NCBI GenBank assembly: GCA_964449025.1
Contig: CAYUYB010000001.1
Coordinates: 1-36,909 of the forward strand
Direction: 5' to 3'
DNA: 36,909 nt
Source: an uncultured Desulfobacteraceae bacterium
GTDB lineage: Bacteria; Desulfobacterota; DSM-4660; Desulfatiglandales; HGW-15
Shown: positions 8,534 to 17,190 of the stretch, in pieces
Layout of the letters: every line of letters begins with the position of its first letter
Position numbering within the stretch: position 1 is the first letter of the stretch
Made by a program: the position numbers and the translations under genes
Notes under the pieces: generated by a model
What the model saw: only the letters and a program-made list of their open reading frames with translations
Told to the model about the DNA's origin: nothing
The model's database searches: none

Positions 8534-9673
8534 ATGGACGACAAGCGCGATTACTATGAGATCTTGGGTGTGAACAGAAACGCCTCGCATGAAGAGATCA
8601 AAAAGAGTTATCGACGCCTGGCCCTGAAATACCACCCTGACCGGAATCCAGGTGACAGAGACGCTGAGGAGCGTTTCAAAGACGCGGCCGAGGCCTATGA
8701 GGTACTGCGTGATCCGGAAAAACGTCAGATATACGACCACTACGGCCATGCAGGCCTTCAGGGGACAGGCTTCCGGGGTTTCAGAGGTTTTGACGATATC
8801 TTCTCGTCTTTCGGGGATATATTTGAGGATTTCTTCGGCTTCGGCGGGGCTTTTGGGTCTAGCAGGCGAGTGAGGAGAGGGTCCGACTTAAAATACGACC
8901 TGAAGATCAGCTTTATTGACGCGGCGTTTGGCAGGGAAAAGGAGATCGAGGTTCCCAAGGTGGAGACCTGTCCGAGGTGCGGCGGTACTGGCGTGAAAAA
9001 GGGATTTGATAAGGAAACCTGCCGGACATGCGGAGGGACAGGCCAGATTGTGACATCCCGGGGATTTATCCGTATGGCCACCACCTGTCCTGATTGCCAC
9101 GGCTCGGGTGAGGTTATTACTCATCCTTGCAAGGAATGCGGGGGTACAGGACACGTGCAGGTGATGAGAAGAATCAATGTAAAGATCCCTCCAGGCGTTG
9201 ATAATGGTATAAGCCTGAAATTGAGCGGCGAGGGAGAGCGAAGCATCGACGGTGGGCCTTCCGGAGACCTCTATGTCCAGATCCATGTGGAACCACACGA
9301 GTTTTTCGAGAGACAAGAAGACGATATCATTTGCAGGGTACCTATCTCCTTTCTCGAAGCTGCTTTGGGAACCACTTTGGATATCCCCACCCTTGATGGG
9401 TCTGAAACGATGCGGATCCCGGCCGGGACCCAGCCCGGGGATGTGTTGAGATTAAAGGGTAAAGGCATCCCTAGTCTGCGAGGACAGGGAAGGGGTGACC
9501 AACTCGTCAAGATAGATGTTAGAATACCGAGGGACATGAGCAAAGAGCAGGAAGAACTTCTAAGGGAGTATGCAAGGCTGGAATCTGAAGAACGGGATGA
9601 AAAATCCCATACATGGAGGGGGTTCTCCAAACAGAAACATGACGGCGGCTATAAGGGTGGTTCCATTCACTAG
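8534..9673 (+). CDS. dnaJ: Molecular chaperone DnaJ (type I Hsp40)
   Basis: The J domain is [39 protein letters not shown]-rich linker follows, then four CxxCxGxG zinc motifs ([32 protein letters not shown]). No dnaK or grpE is adjacent. Confidence 0.96.
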   Translation: MDDKRDYYEILGVNRNASHEEIKKSYRRLALKYHPDRNPGDRDAEERFKDAAEAYEVLRDPEKRQIYDHYGHAGLQGTGFRGFRGFDDIFSSFGDIFEDFFGFGGAFGSSRRVRRGSDLKYDLKISFIDAAFGREKEIEVPKVETCPRCGGTGVKKGFDKETCRTCGGTGQIVTSRGFIRMATTCPDCHGSGEVITHPCKECGGTGHVQVMRRINVKIPPGVDNGISLKLSGEGERSIDGGPSGDLYVQIHVEPHEFFERQEDDIICRVPISFLEAALGTTLDIPTLDGSETMRIPAGTQPGDVLRLKGKGIPSLRGQGRGDQLVKIDVRIPRDMSKEQEELLREYARLESEERDEKSHTWRGFSKQKHDGGYKGGSIH

Positions 9674-9809
9674 GGTCTCCTTATTTTGCGCAAACCCGAG
9701 AAAAAACATGGAATCATAGGTATAAATGAACCATGTCTAATATTAAGATACATGGAATGAAGAATGAGGATTCGCATAATGAATGTAATATTCATGGTAA
9801 GAGGTAATC

Positions 9810-10124
9810 ATGCCTATCTATGAATACGAGCATCTGAAAAAAGGCTGTCTTCGAGGAGATGTCTTTGAGATCGCCCAGTCGGTTTACGATAAACCTTTGA
9901 CTGTGTGCCCTGACTGTGGACGACCGGTTCGTAGAATTATTTCCAGGATCAATATCAGTATGCCCAAAACCAACAACGAGCTGCGTGATCTTGGTTTTAC
10001 CAAGCTTGTCAGAAGAGATGACGGTGTTTATGAGAACGTAACTGCACGAGAGGGCGAGAGCAAGGTCATGCTTAGAGACAAACCGGAGACATATCCGAAT
10101 TTAAAAAAGACCATCAGTGACTGA
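9810..10124 (+). CDS. FmdB-family (CxxC_CxxC_SSSS-type) zinc-ribbon protein, with a degenerate first knuckle
   Basis: The N-terminus MPIYEYEHLKKGCLRGDVFEIAQSVYDKPLTVCPDCGRPVRRIIS matches the MPIYEY...CPxCG pattern of FmdB-like zinc ribbons. The first CxxC is replaced by KKGC, a single Cys. Confidence 0.6.
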   Translation: MPIYEYEHLKKGCLRGDVFEIAQSVYDKPLTVCPDCGRPVRRIISRINISMPKTNNELRDLGFTKLVRRDDGVYENVTAREGESKVMLRDKPETYPNLKKTISD

Positions 10125-10127
10125 ATT

Positions 10128-11402
10128 CTAAGATTTAGAGGCCCAATCATCCGGTTTCCTATATGTGTTGATTACCTCTTCCAAGAGGGGGAGAAGTTTT
10201 GCGTGGTAGAGGTTGTCCCAGACGTAATTCTTTATGACCTTGCGAAACATCTTATGGGGTTTCAACCCATCAATAAAATCCAAGATCTTTCGTGCTATTT
10301 CCTCGGGGCCGTCGGACAAATCAAAGAAACACACATCCTCCCCGCCGATTTCTGAAAAGGGCGGGATGTTTGAACAAACGATGGGCAATTTGATCATCCC
10401 CGATTCCAGGAGTGGGATACCGAACCCTTCCTGTAAACTAGGGAGAAACAGGATATCCGAGATGAGATAGAGATCACGCATAATGATTCGGTCGGCCGAG
10501 AGAGTCTCACCGCTTTTGAAGGCATATTCCGCCATAATCAGCACATCATCCTCAATGCCCAGCTCCGCGGCAAGATCCTTCAACTCACGATAATATGTCA
10601 ATGTTTTGGGCTCATGGGGGTTATGTGCCCCGGTAATAAGAAGGCGGGCCTTCAGCCCAAGGTCCTGAAGGCACCGGGTCACCCGGATGGACAACTCCGT
10701 GTTTTTTCTCTTGTGAAGACGGGAAGGTTGCACCATAAGGAATTCCGCCTCAAAGAGATGCTGCTCTTGGATAAGCCGGACTGTGTCCGGGGCAAGCAGA
10801 AAAAAACGTATGGGATCAATCCCGTTGGGTATGACATGAAGCTGATTCCCTGCACCATAGAGATCGGCGAACATCTGCTTGCGGCTTTCGGAAATGACCA
10901 CATAATGAATTCCTGCATAGGCACGTTTCAGGATGTTCCAAGGGAAAATATTTAGATATTCAGGGCGATCCGGATAGAAATATGGGGAATCATGATTCCA
11001 GCTGATGATAGGGATCAGATCTCCCTGACCAATCCGGTGCAGAGCGGCGCTGAGGGGTAGATTGAAGGGCATGGTGAGCACATTGTGGGCAATCAGCACA
11101 TCAAAGCCTTTCAAAGAGCCAAGCAGATAATCATATATCTTATTGGCAAGCCGTTCTATCTTCCCGGATTTGCCTTCCATGCTTAACTGATGGGCATTCA
11201 CCACCTGCCTGTTACGCGAGCCAAAAAGCGGATTGATCTCGATGTCTATATTGTCCGCGAATTTCCCGCCATCTCCGGAAAATACCTTCACATTGTGATA
11301 ATACCGGCTAAACAATGAGGCATGCTGACGTATGATCTCCTCCACACCACCTACAACGGGCGGGCATGAATAATGAAGAAGGGCGATATTGTATTTTATC
11401 AT
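10128..11402 (-). CDS. Glycosyltransferase, GT-B fold, GT4-like
   Basis: 424-aa ORF. The C-terminal half carries the GT4-type EX7E region (LPSLQEGFGIPLLESGMIKLPIV). It lies 2 nt downstream of the preceding glycosyltransferase ORF, which suggests operon coupling. Confidence 0.8.
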   Translation of the reverse strand: MIKYNIALLHYSCPPVVGGVEEIIRQHASLFSRYYHNVKVFSGDGGKFADNIDIEINPLFGSRNRQVVNAHQLSMEGKSGKIERLANKIYDYLLGSLKGFDVLIAHNVLTMPFNLPLSAALHRIGQGDLIPIISWNHDSPYFYPDRPEYLNIFPWNILKRAYAGIHYVVISESRKQMFADLYGAGNQLHVIPNGIDPIRFFLLAPDTVRLIQEQHLFEAEFLMVQPSRLHKRKNTELSIRVTRCLQDLGLKARLLITGAHNPHEPKTLTYYRELKDLAAELGIEDDVLIMAEYAFKSGETLSADRIIMRDLYLISDILFLPSLQEGFGIPLLESGMIKLPIVCSNIPPFSEIGGEDVCFFDLSDGPEEIARKILDFIDGLKPHKMFRKVIKNYVWDNLYHAKLLPLLEEVINTYRKPDDWASKS

Positions 11403-11404
11403 GG

Positions 11405-12694
11405 CTAAAGCGCACTTTGAATTTCTAACATTTTGACCAGATGGAGGAGCAGACGTTCCAGAACTTCGTAGGAGAAATAAAGATTGCCCAGTTGATAATT
11501 CTTTTCCACCATCTGCCTCCGGCGTTCCTCATTGGTCAAGATCTCGGATATCCTTTCAATGGTATGATTGCTCACGAACCCCTCGATGGTGATGGTGTCA
11601 AAACCTCTGGGCTCTATATCGGCAATGTAAATGGAATATCTATTCACCACGATAGGTTTTCTGTAATAGATGGACTCCAGGAATGCGTTTCCAAAGCCCT
11701 CGTATCCCGAAGGATAACAAATAAGGTCAGCACATTGATATATATCGCCTATGCTGTATCTCTTTGTGGAATTCGTGTTATTATGTCCTCCAGGCCCCAC
11801 GAGATGTTCGATGGAGATCAGCTTCACGCCCAGTTTGCGTGCATATTCCTGCATGCGGTGTTTGTATTCGTCTCCCTCGTCATCTGCCGAATGAGAGAGC
11901 ACTAACACAGGGTTTTCCTGTTCCATGAGATTGATGATCTCAATGCTGCGTTCAATCCATTTTCTGGGGACAACCCTGGTGGGTTGTAAGATAAAAAGGT
12001 CCTTTTCCTTTAATCCGATCTTCCCCTTTATGTCCCCCGGACGGAGGGCCGAAGTGGCAGGGGGATTAGCGAAGTCGTATACATTGGGGATAATGGTGTT
12101 GGAAATGCCTTTTCGATAGCTGAGTTGATGGCTGGCTATGGAATTGATGACAGCATGTTGCATTGTTGGGAGATTAGGAGGAAATGCCCAGGTAAGATAA
12201 TCCTCCACTGCATTGACCAGGAATCTTTCTCTTTCCCAGGGAAAGTCATGGTGGTGAGCTATGGCAGGGAAACCGGTCTCTGCGATGAACTCAGCCAGGG
12301 CCAGACCGAGGGGGATGTTTAACGGAATAGCTAAAGCGTTTTCGGGGATTATGAGATCAATATCGAAACGCCGAACGAATTCGTATATCTGTCCTTTGAG
12401 GTGTTGCCGAAGATCATGTATCCTTTTAGTGATACCTCTGGATCGAACCCGTTTGCCATAGCAGTCCTCGTGGATCTTCAGGATATCAGGGTGCTGGAAA
12501 TGGGCCTCTTCAAGGAGCATGCATTCCTGGGGAGCGCGGTCGTTTTCTCCGGACAGATAAAAGCAACGATAATCATTCCTTTCCAGAACACTGGCCCACT
12601 TCTTGATTTCCAGAGAAACCCCGTCCGTTCCTGCTATCCTTGTGGATATGAACCCGATATTCCTGAAGCGCTTGCTGTATACCAGAAAGATCAC
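11405..12694 (-). CDS. Glycosyltransferase, GT-B fold, GT4-like (paralog of 10128-11402)
   Basis: 429-aa ORF with YPSGYEGFGNAFLESIYYRKPIVV. It shares an N-terminal-domain motif with its neighbour: ENALAIPLNIPLGLAL here versus HNVLTMPFNLPLSAAL there. Confidence 0.8.
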   Translation of the reverse strand: MIFLVYSKRFRNIGFISTRIAGTDGVSLEIKKWASVLERNDYRCFYLSGENDRAPQECMLLEEAHFQHPDILKIHEDCYGKRVRSRGITKRIHDLRQHLKGQIYEFVRRFDIDLIIPENALAIPLNIPLGLALAEFIAETGFPAIAHHHDFPWERERFLVNAVEDYLTWAFPPNLPTMQHAVINSIASHQLSYRKGISNTIIPNVYDFANPPATSALRPGDIKGKIGLKEKDLFILQPTRVVPRKWIERSIEIINLMEQENPVLVLSHSADDEGDEYKHRMQEYARKLGVKLISIEHLVGPGGHNNTNSTKRYSIGDIYQCADLICYPSGYEGFGNAFLESIYYRKPIVVNRYSIYIADIEPRGFDTITIEGFVSNHTIERISEILTNEERRRQMVEKNYQLGNLYFSYEVLERLLLHLVKMLEIQSAL

Positions 12695-12808
12695 CTCCTC
12701 CGGATATTTAATAGGTTAATCCTTACCATTTATGAGTAGAGCCCCCTGCGTGCTTAGCAGGAGTGCTTTAGGATATCCCAGGATTAAAAGGGGAAAAAGG
12801 GTCTGTTC

Positions 12809-14512
12809 TTATCGTTCCACAAGTTGGCTTTTTATGCCTTTAAGTGATAATTCAGCACCTTGTTCTTTTGCCCGTTCCTCTTGGTAGAAGACACCGACGT
12901 AAAGTCTGTAGACATTTTCAGTATCGCTAATAGTATAAGGGCTGTATCCGAGGCCTTCCAGTGTCTCTTTCTGTATACCGAGCTGTTCCTCCGAGGCATA
13001 AATACCGATCAGGTTGGCATATGGTGTGTTTTTTGTATCAGCACCCGGTATCTGCCGAGTCTTGATGAATTCATCGGCATCCTGTCTTTTTTGGAAATAA
13101 CCCTCGAACAGCCTAAACCAGATCCCTTTGTCTCCCAGATCAAGTTTAACCCAATAGGGTGATAGCCCCATTTCCTCGTAATCGGATGCGGCTTTTTTGA
13201 CCGCGGCATGGGAGCTGTAAGAACCCAGATAGATTGAATACGGGTATGACAGGGACTTGGTTTCCAAGACTGCGGTATGGTCAGGCATGGGTTTTCCTGG
13301 AGAAGAGGGCTCGGTAGACACGGCGGTTGCTTCCTGTTCTTCAGAAACTTCTTCAACAGTACTGACTTCTTGGGTCTTGGTTAATGAAAGCGTTTCTTCA
13401 GGGAGCACGTTCTCAATGGACACGCTACTTATTGCGGGAGGCGCCGACTTTGTTGTTGCCAGCGGATCATGGATATTAGAAATTTCTATCTGCGATTTTT
13501 CATGGGTCTTTACCGGTGAAGACCTCCTTGAGCTTTCGGTGGTCTGTGTGTTAGCCTTAAAGTATCCTGTAATGTTTAAACGATCAAGCACATCTCCATA
13601 ATCCAAAATCATGCCGGTCAGCATAGACACAATTACCAGGACAACAATGGATGATATAAATACCAGAGTATTTACACCTTTCTTTGCCTTAGTCTGGGAC
13701 CTTCTTCTTTCGCCGGACAAGCCCAATGGTGCAGAGGGTAATTTTTCAGTCGGCGGCACCGGTGGCCCTTTTTGGGGTCTAGGTGTTTGCTGCGGTTTTT
13801 TGAGGGGTGGGGATGGGGATATCTTGTCAGGGGTTGGCCCGGGTGGTTGGACTTTACCAGGAGGCTCTTTTTCAGTGGGTCTAACCACAGGCCCTGGCAT
13901 CTGCATCCCCTGACGCTTTTCAGGTTCAGGTCCTCTCTGGGCCTTTTTGACGGGTGCGGGCGGAGATATCTTGTCAGGGGTTGGCCCGGGTGGTTGGACT
14001 TTACCAGGAGGCTCTTTTTCAGTGGGTCTAACCACAGGCCCTGGCATCTGCATCCCCTGACGCTTTTCAGGTTCAGGTCCTCTCTGGGCCTTTTTGACGG
14101 GTGCGGGCGGAGATATCTTAGGGGTTGGTGCGGGTTGTTGCGGTTTAACAGGAGGGGCCGTTTTAGTGGGAGAAACCGGCTGCCCTGGCATCTGCATCCC
14201 TTGCCGCTTTTCAGCTTCAGGTCCTTTCACCGTCTTTTTAGTCGTTGCGGGTGTTGTTTCCTTGCCCGAAGGGCCAGGTTTCTCGATGTCCGTGTCCTCA
14301 TGGAATATATCATCAAATAATTCCATGCTATCGGAGAAGGCCCCATCTTGCGAATCCGAATCAGGTGTTACTGGATTTTGAGGGGATGACTCGTCTTTAG
14401 GGGTTGGCTTTTGGTCAACCTTTTTCTCTTCATCGAAGATACTATCAAATAATTCCGTGCTGTCGGAAAATGGATTATCTCCTGAATTAGAATCGTTGTT
14501 TTTTTGGTTCAT
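12809..14512 (-). CDS. SPOR-domain membrane protein with a Pro-rich tandem-repeat linker
   Basis: 567-aa ORF. An acidic N-terminus is followed by about three 49-aa Pro/Lys-rich repeats and one TM helix (LVFISSIVVLVIVSMLTGMIL). Two C-terminal SPOR-like repeats follow: YSIYLGSYSSHAAVKKAASDYEEMGLSPYWVKLDLGDKGIWFRLFEGYF and YANLIGIYASEEQLGIQKETLEGLGYSPYTISDTENVYRLYVGVFY. Confidence 0.82.
   Translation of the reverse strand: MNQKNNDSNSGDNPFSDSTELFDSIFDEEKKVDQKPTPKDESSPQNPVTPDSDSQDGAFSDSMELFDDIFHEDTDIEKPGPSGKETTPATTKKTVKGPEAEKRQGMQMPGQPVSPTKTAPPVKPQQPAPTPKISPPAPVKKAQRGPEPEKRQGMQMPGPVVRPTEKEPPGKVQPPGPTPDKISPPAPVKKAQRGPEPEKRQGMQMPGPVVRPTEKEPPGKVQPPGPTPDKISPSPPLKKPQQTPRPQKGPPVPPTEKLPSAPLGLSGERRRSQTKAKKGVNTLVFISSIVVLVIVSMLTGMILDYGDVLDRLNITGYFKANTQTTESSRRSSPVKTHEKSQIEISNIHDPLATTKSAPPAISSVSIENVLPEETLSLTKTQEVSTVEEVSEEQEATAVSTEPSSPGKPMPDHTAVLETKSLSYPYSIYLGSYSSHAAVKKAASDYEEMGLSPYWVKLDLGDKGIWFRLFEGYFQKRQDADEFIKTRQIPGADTKNTPYANLIGIYASEEQLGIQKETLEGLGYSPYTISDTENVYRLYVGVFYQEERAKEQGAELSLKGIKSQLVER
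13818..14235. repeat. 147-bp in-frame tandem repeat: two nucleotide-identical copies plus one diverged copy
   Basis: The marker gatatc recurs at 13818, 13965 and 14112, a period of 147 bp (49 codons). Reading the sequence, 13818-13964 and 13965-14111 appear identical. The third copy, from 14112, is diverged and has a 3-nt indel. Each copy encodes PPAPVKKAQRGPEPEKRQGMQMPGPVVRPTEKEPPGKVQPPGPTPDKIS on the minus strand. Confidence 0.9.
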
Positions 14513-14777
14513 ATCCTTCTACGATCCTTGAAAGATAACAATAATACGGAATATTGATTCATGTATTGCATATATTTTATTATAGCATGTTAATCTTCTT
14601 GATTCAATAGAAGGCCTTTAGCGCACTTTACCGGTTTTCAGCCCCATAATACCCGCTCATCCGCTTAATGACTGGGGTAGTTAATCATAGTCTCTAATAT
14701 CCGCTCACGGCGATGCTTTTCAAGACGATATTTATCATGATTCAAGGATTCTAGGCTTCAAGGGTTCGGGTTGAAAT

Positions 14778-14842
14778 AGGTTCGTTCAGGGAACGAACCT
14801 TACAACCATCATGACCTGTAGGGCCCATTCGGGGAATGGGCC
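14778..14842 (-). terminator. Two perfect short hairpins downstream of yjbQ (possible terminator region)
   Basis: The first is aggttcgtt-caggg-aacgaacct (14778-14800). The second is ggcccatt-cgggg-aatgggcc (14822-14842). Both lie between the yjbQ stop (14893) and the SPOR gene start (14512). No clear U-tract follows either one. Confidence 0.3.
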
Positions 14843-14892
14843 GTCTTTGTGCTTGAATCCTTGGCCCCTTATCTGTTTCTTTAGGTACTCAT

Positions 14893-15285
14893 TCACCGGA
14901 TCAAACATAACACCCTTCGCGATCTCGGGCCATCGAATTCACAGAAGAATATCTTCTGCCAAGTCCCGAGGACAAGACGTGCATTCTGAACTATCACGGA
15001 AACTGAACTCCCTATCAAGGAGGCCTTGATATGGCTGTCCGCGTTTCCCTCCATATGTCTATAGCCAGCGCTGGCTGGAACTAACTGGTCTAATCTGGTA
15101 ATTATGTCTTCACAGACTGCCGGGTCCGCGCCCTCATTAATGGTTATTCCAGCTGTTGTATGCGGCACATAAAGAATGCAGAGCCCTTCTTCTATTCCGG
15201 ATTTTGATAGCTCTTTCTGGACCGATGAGGTGATGTCGACCATCTCAATCCTGGAACCGGTTTTTACATTAATATGCTCAGGCAT
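14893..15285 (-). CDS. YjbQ/UPF0047 family protein (annotated in databases as secondary thiamine-phosphate synthase enzyme)
   Basis: 130-aa ORF with the family-typical sequence ...MVDITSSVQKEL...GLCILYVPHTTAGITINEGADPAV..D......VP....YRH.EGNADSHIKASLIGSSVSV.V....L.LGTWQ.IFFCEFDGPR.R.V. Confidence 0.85.
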   Translation of the reverse strand: MPEHINVKTGSRIEMVDITSSVQKELSKSGIEEGLCILYVPHTTAGITINEGADPAVCEDIITRLDQLVPASAGYRHMEGNADSHIKASLIGSSVSVIVQNARLVLGTWQKIFFCEFDGPRSRRVLCLIR

Positions 15286-15328
15286 GCCTAGCTCCTTTCA
15301 TAAAAGGAAAATTAAAGGGCCCGTGTCC

Positions 15329-16522
15329 TCAGGGCTTGATTATGGGTGAGAAAGGGTTGCCTTCCTTTATCTGCGGGGAGGTGTTTTTCCCCATTATATT
15401 GATATAATAATTTATGCTGTGTTCCATATAGGCCTTCAGGAATCTATTGCTCCTTATGGGAGAATCCTTTTCAGTCATCGTGCAGGCGGCTGCCAGGCAA
15501 AGCCCTGCGGGTCGCTTTTCGCCAAGTCTAAAAAAAACATACGCCATTTCCTCTAAATCATATTTTAGAGACAACCGCCCGGATTCCGGGTAGATTTCTT
15601 GAATCGCCTTTTCTTTTATGTCTTCTATACGATCGGTAAATTGCCCCTCGGTGAGAATGATAGGGCTTTTTTCAGCAGTTGAGATCTCTTTTAGAACAGG
15701 CTTCATCTTTTCCGGGCTCACTATCCATGAGGCCAATAAATCGTGTCCTAAAAGCTCTTCAATGCGTAAATCAGTAAGGAAATCCGCGGAAGTATCTCCC
15801 TGTGGAATCAGATCATATATGGCCGACCGATCAAGGAGAGAAGTATTTTTAAGCAACCAGGACCTGAATCCAAGGTAGTCTTGAGCCTGTTCCCCCAGAT
15901 CTTTTTCATTCTTCCTGTAAGCCGTCTCCAGTATGGTAGCGGCATGAGCCAGGGTAGCCTCAACCGCCGTACCGGCGCGATCAAAGAAAGCCTTTTTTAT
16001 TTCCCTTGATTGTTTCCTGCTGTATCTTCCATAGATAAAGTTATCTACCCCGGTATCTCTATTGACAGCCGCGATCCCCATATCAACTCCCTTAGGGACG
16101 CGGCAGACTGCTATAAAGACACCCCGGCTGCCGGCGCCATCAATGGGGGTCAGGTATGCCTCGGTTTCAAGGGTATTTTGCCTTTTGATTATTAACTGAG
16201 GGCCTTCTAGATCTTCGTGTTCCGGGATGGGTATTCCCCTTCGCTTCACTTTGAAGAGGGCCTTTTTCACGGCCTTTTGGACGTCCCTTTGCCCGAAAGA
16301 ATCCTTAATACCAAGTAGCAGACGGACTTCTTCCTGGTCAGTTCCGGGGAGTTTCTCTGTTATGGCCATGGCAAGCCGCGGGCTGTTTATGTTTTCTCTG
16401 ATACTATTAAGTTTAATATCTTTAAGGTGCGCGAGGAGGTAATCAAGGAGTTCTTCTTCTTGCATGGTAAGCAGAGGCACGGCCTGTCTCTTCTTGCTTT
16501 TTGGCTTTTTCCCCCGCTTCAC
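15329..16522 (-). CDS. Hypothetical protein (397 aa) with a basic N-terminus
   Basis: A long ORF whose ATG (16522) lies 2 nt after the pyrR stop. I recognise no family motif. The N-terminus is MKRGKKPKSKKRQAV. Confidence 0.6.
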   Translation of the reverse strand: MKRGKKPKSKKRQAVPLLTMQEEELLDYLLAHLKDIKLNSIRENINSPRLAMAITEKLPGTDQEEVRLLLGIKDSFGQRDVQKAVKKALFKVKRRGIPIPEHEDLEGPQLIIKRQNTLETEAYLTPIDGAGSRGVFIAVCRVPKGVDMGIAAVNRDTGVDNFIYGRYSRKQSREIKKAFFDRAGTAVEATLAHAATILETAYRKNEKDLGEQAQDYLGFRSWLLKNTSLLDRSAIYDLIPQGDTSADFLTDLRIEELLGHDLLASWIVSPEKMKPVLKEISTAEKSPIILTEGQFTDRIEDIKEKAIQEIYPESGRLSLKYDLEEMAYVFFRLGEKRPAGLCLAAACTMTEKDSPIRSNRFLKAYMEHSINYYINIMGKNTSPQIKEGNPFSPIIKP

Positions 16523-16524
16523 TG

Positions 16525-17082
16525 TCAGGAGGCCTTCCTTCTTTCGATGGTTACATGGTCTTCATACCCCTCTTCCTTGAGATAGACATTAATGGTTTCA
16601 TCAGCGGAGATGTTCCATATCCCGCCTGCATAGTTAGCCTGAATCGGTAGTTCTCTATCATTATCCCCTCTGTCTACAAGGGCGGCCAGCTCGATCTTCC
16701 TGGGGCGTCCGAAATCTATCAAGGCATCCATAGCGGCCCTGACCGTTCTCCCGGTGAAAAGTACATCATCTATAAGGATGATCGTCTTATCATCTACGGA
16801 AAAGGGGATCTCCGTTTTGCCTATCTTGGGGGTGGAGCTTATCCGGGTCCAGTCATCACGATACAGGGTTATATCAAGGACACCCATGGGCGGTGACAAC
16901 CCACCCAGCCGTGATATTAATCCCTGAAGTCTTTTGGCCAGAAAGGCGCCTCCGGTTCTTATGCCAATTAGTACGACATCTTCCATATACCTGTTTTTTT
17001 TGACGATTTCTCCGGCTATCCTATGGAGACTACTTTCGATGTCTTCACTTTTGAAAATAACCCTTTTCCCCTTCTTGGCCAT
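16525..17082 (-). CDS. pyrR: Bifunctional pyrimidine operon regulator / uracil phosphoribosyltransferase PyrR
   Basis: 185-aa ORF with VLIGIRTGGAFLAKRL, ITLYRDD and the PRPP-binding loop IILIDDVLFTGRTVRAAMDAL. Confidence 0.9.
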   Translation of the reverse strand: MAKKGKRVIFKSEDIESSLHRIAGEIVKKNRYMEDVVLIGIRTGGAFLAKRLQGLISRLGGLSPPMGVLDITLYRDDWTRISSTPKIGKTEIPFSVDDKTIILIDDVLFTGRTVRAAMDALIDFGRPRKIELAALVDRGDNDRELPIQANYAGGIWNISADETINVYLKEEGYEDHVTIERRKAS

Positions 17083-17190
17083 CTATGCGCACCTCTTTGA
17101 TTTTAAAAAATAGGTTTCATCTGGTCAATGAGTACGCCAGTTAATCATATCTAAATCCATTTTGCGCTATATAGGCCATGAGTTTCTATT

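Noticed and set aside
13772-14320. 182-aa plus-strand ORF with internal repeats, along with 13611-13913 and 14094-14381. The 147-bp repeats could be mistaken for a CRISPR-like array.
   Set aside because: They are antisense shadows of the SPOR-gene repeat. The repeats are contiguous with no spacers, the period is a multiple of 3, and they code for a Pro-rich linker in frame. This is not a CRISPR array.
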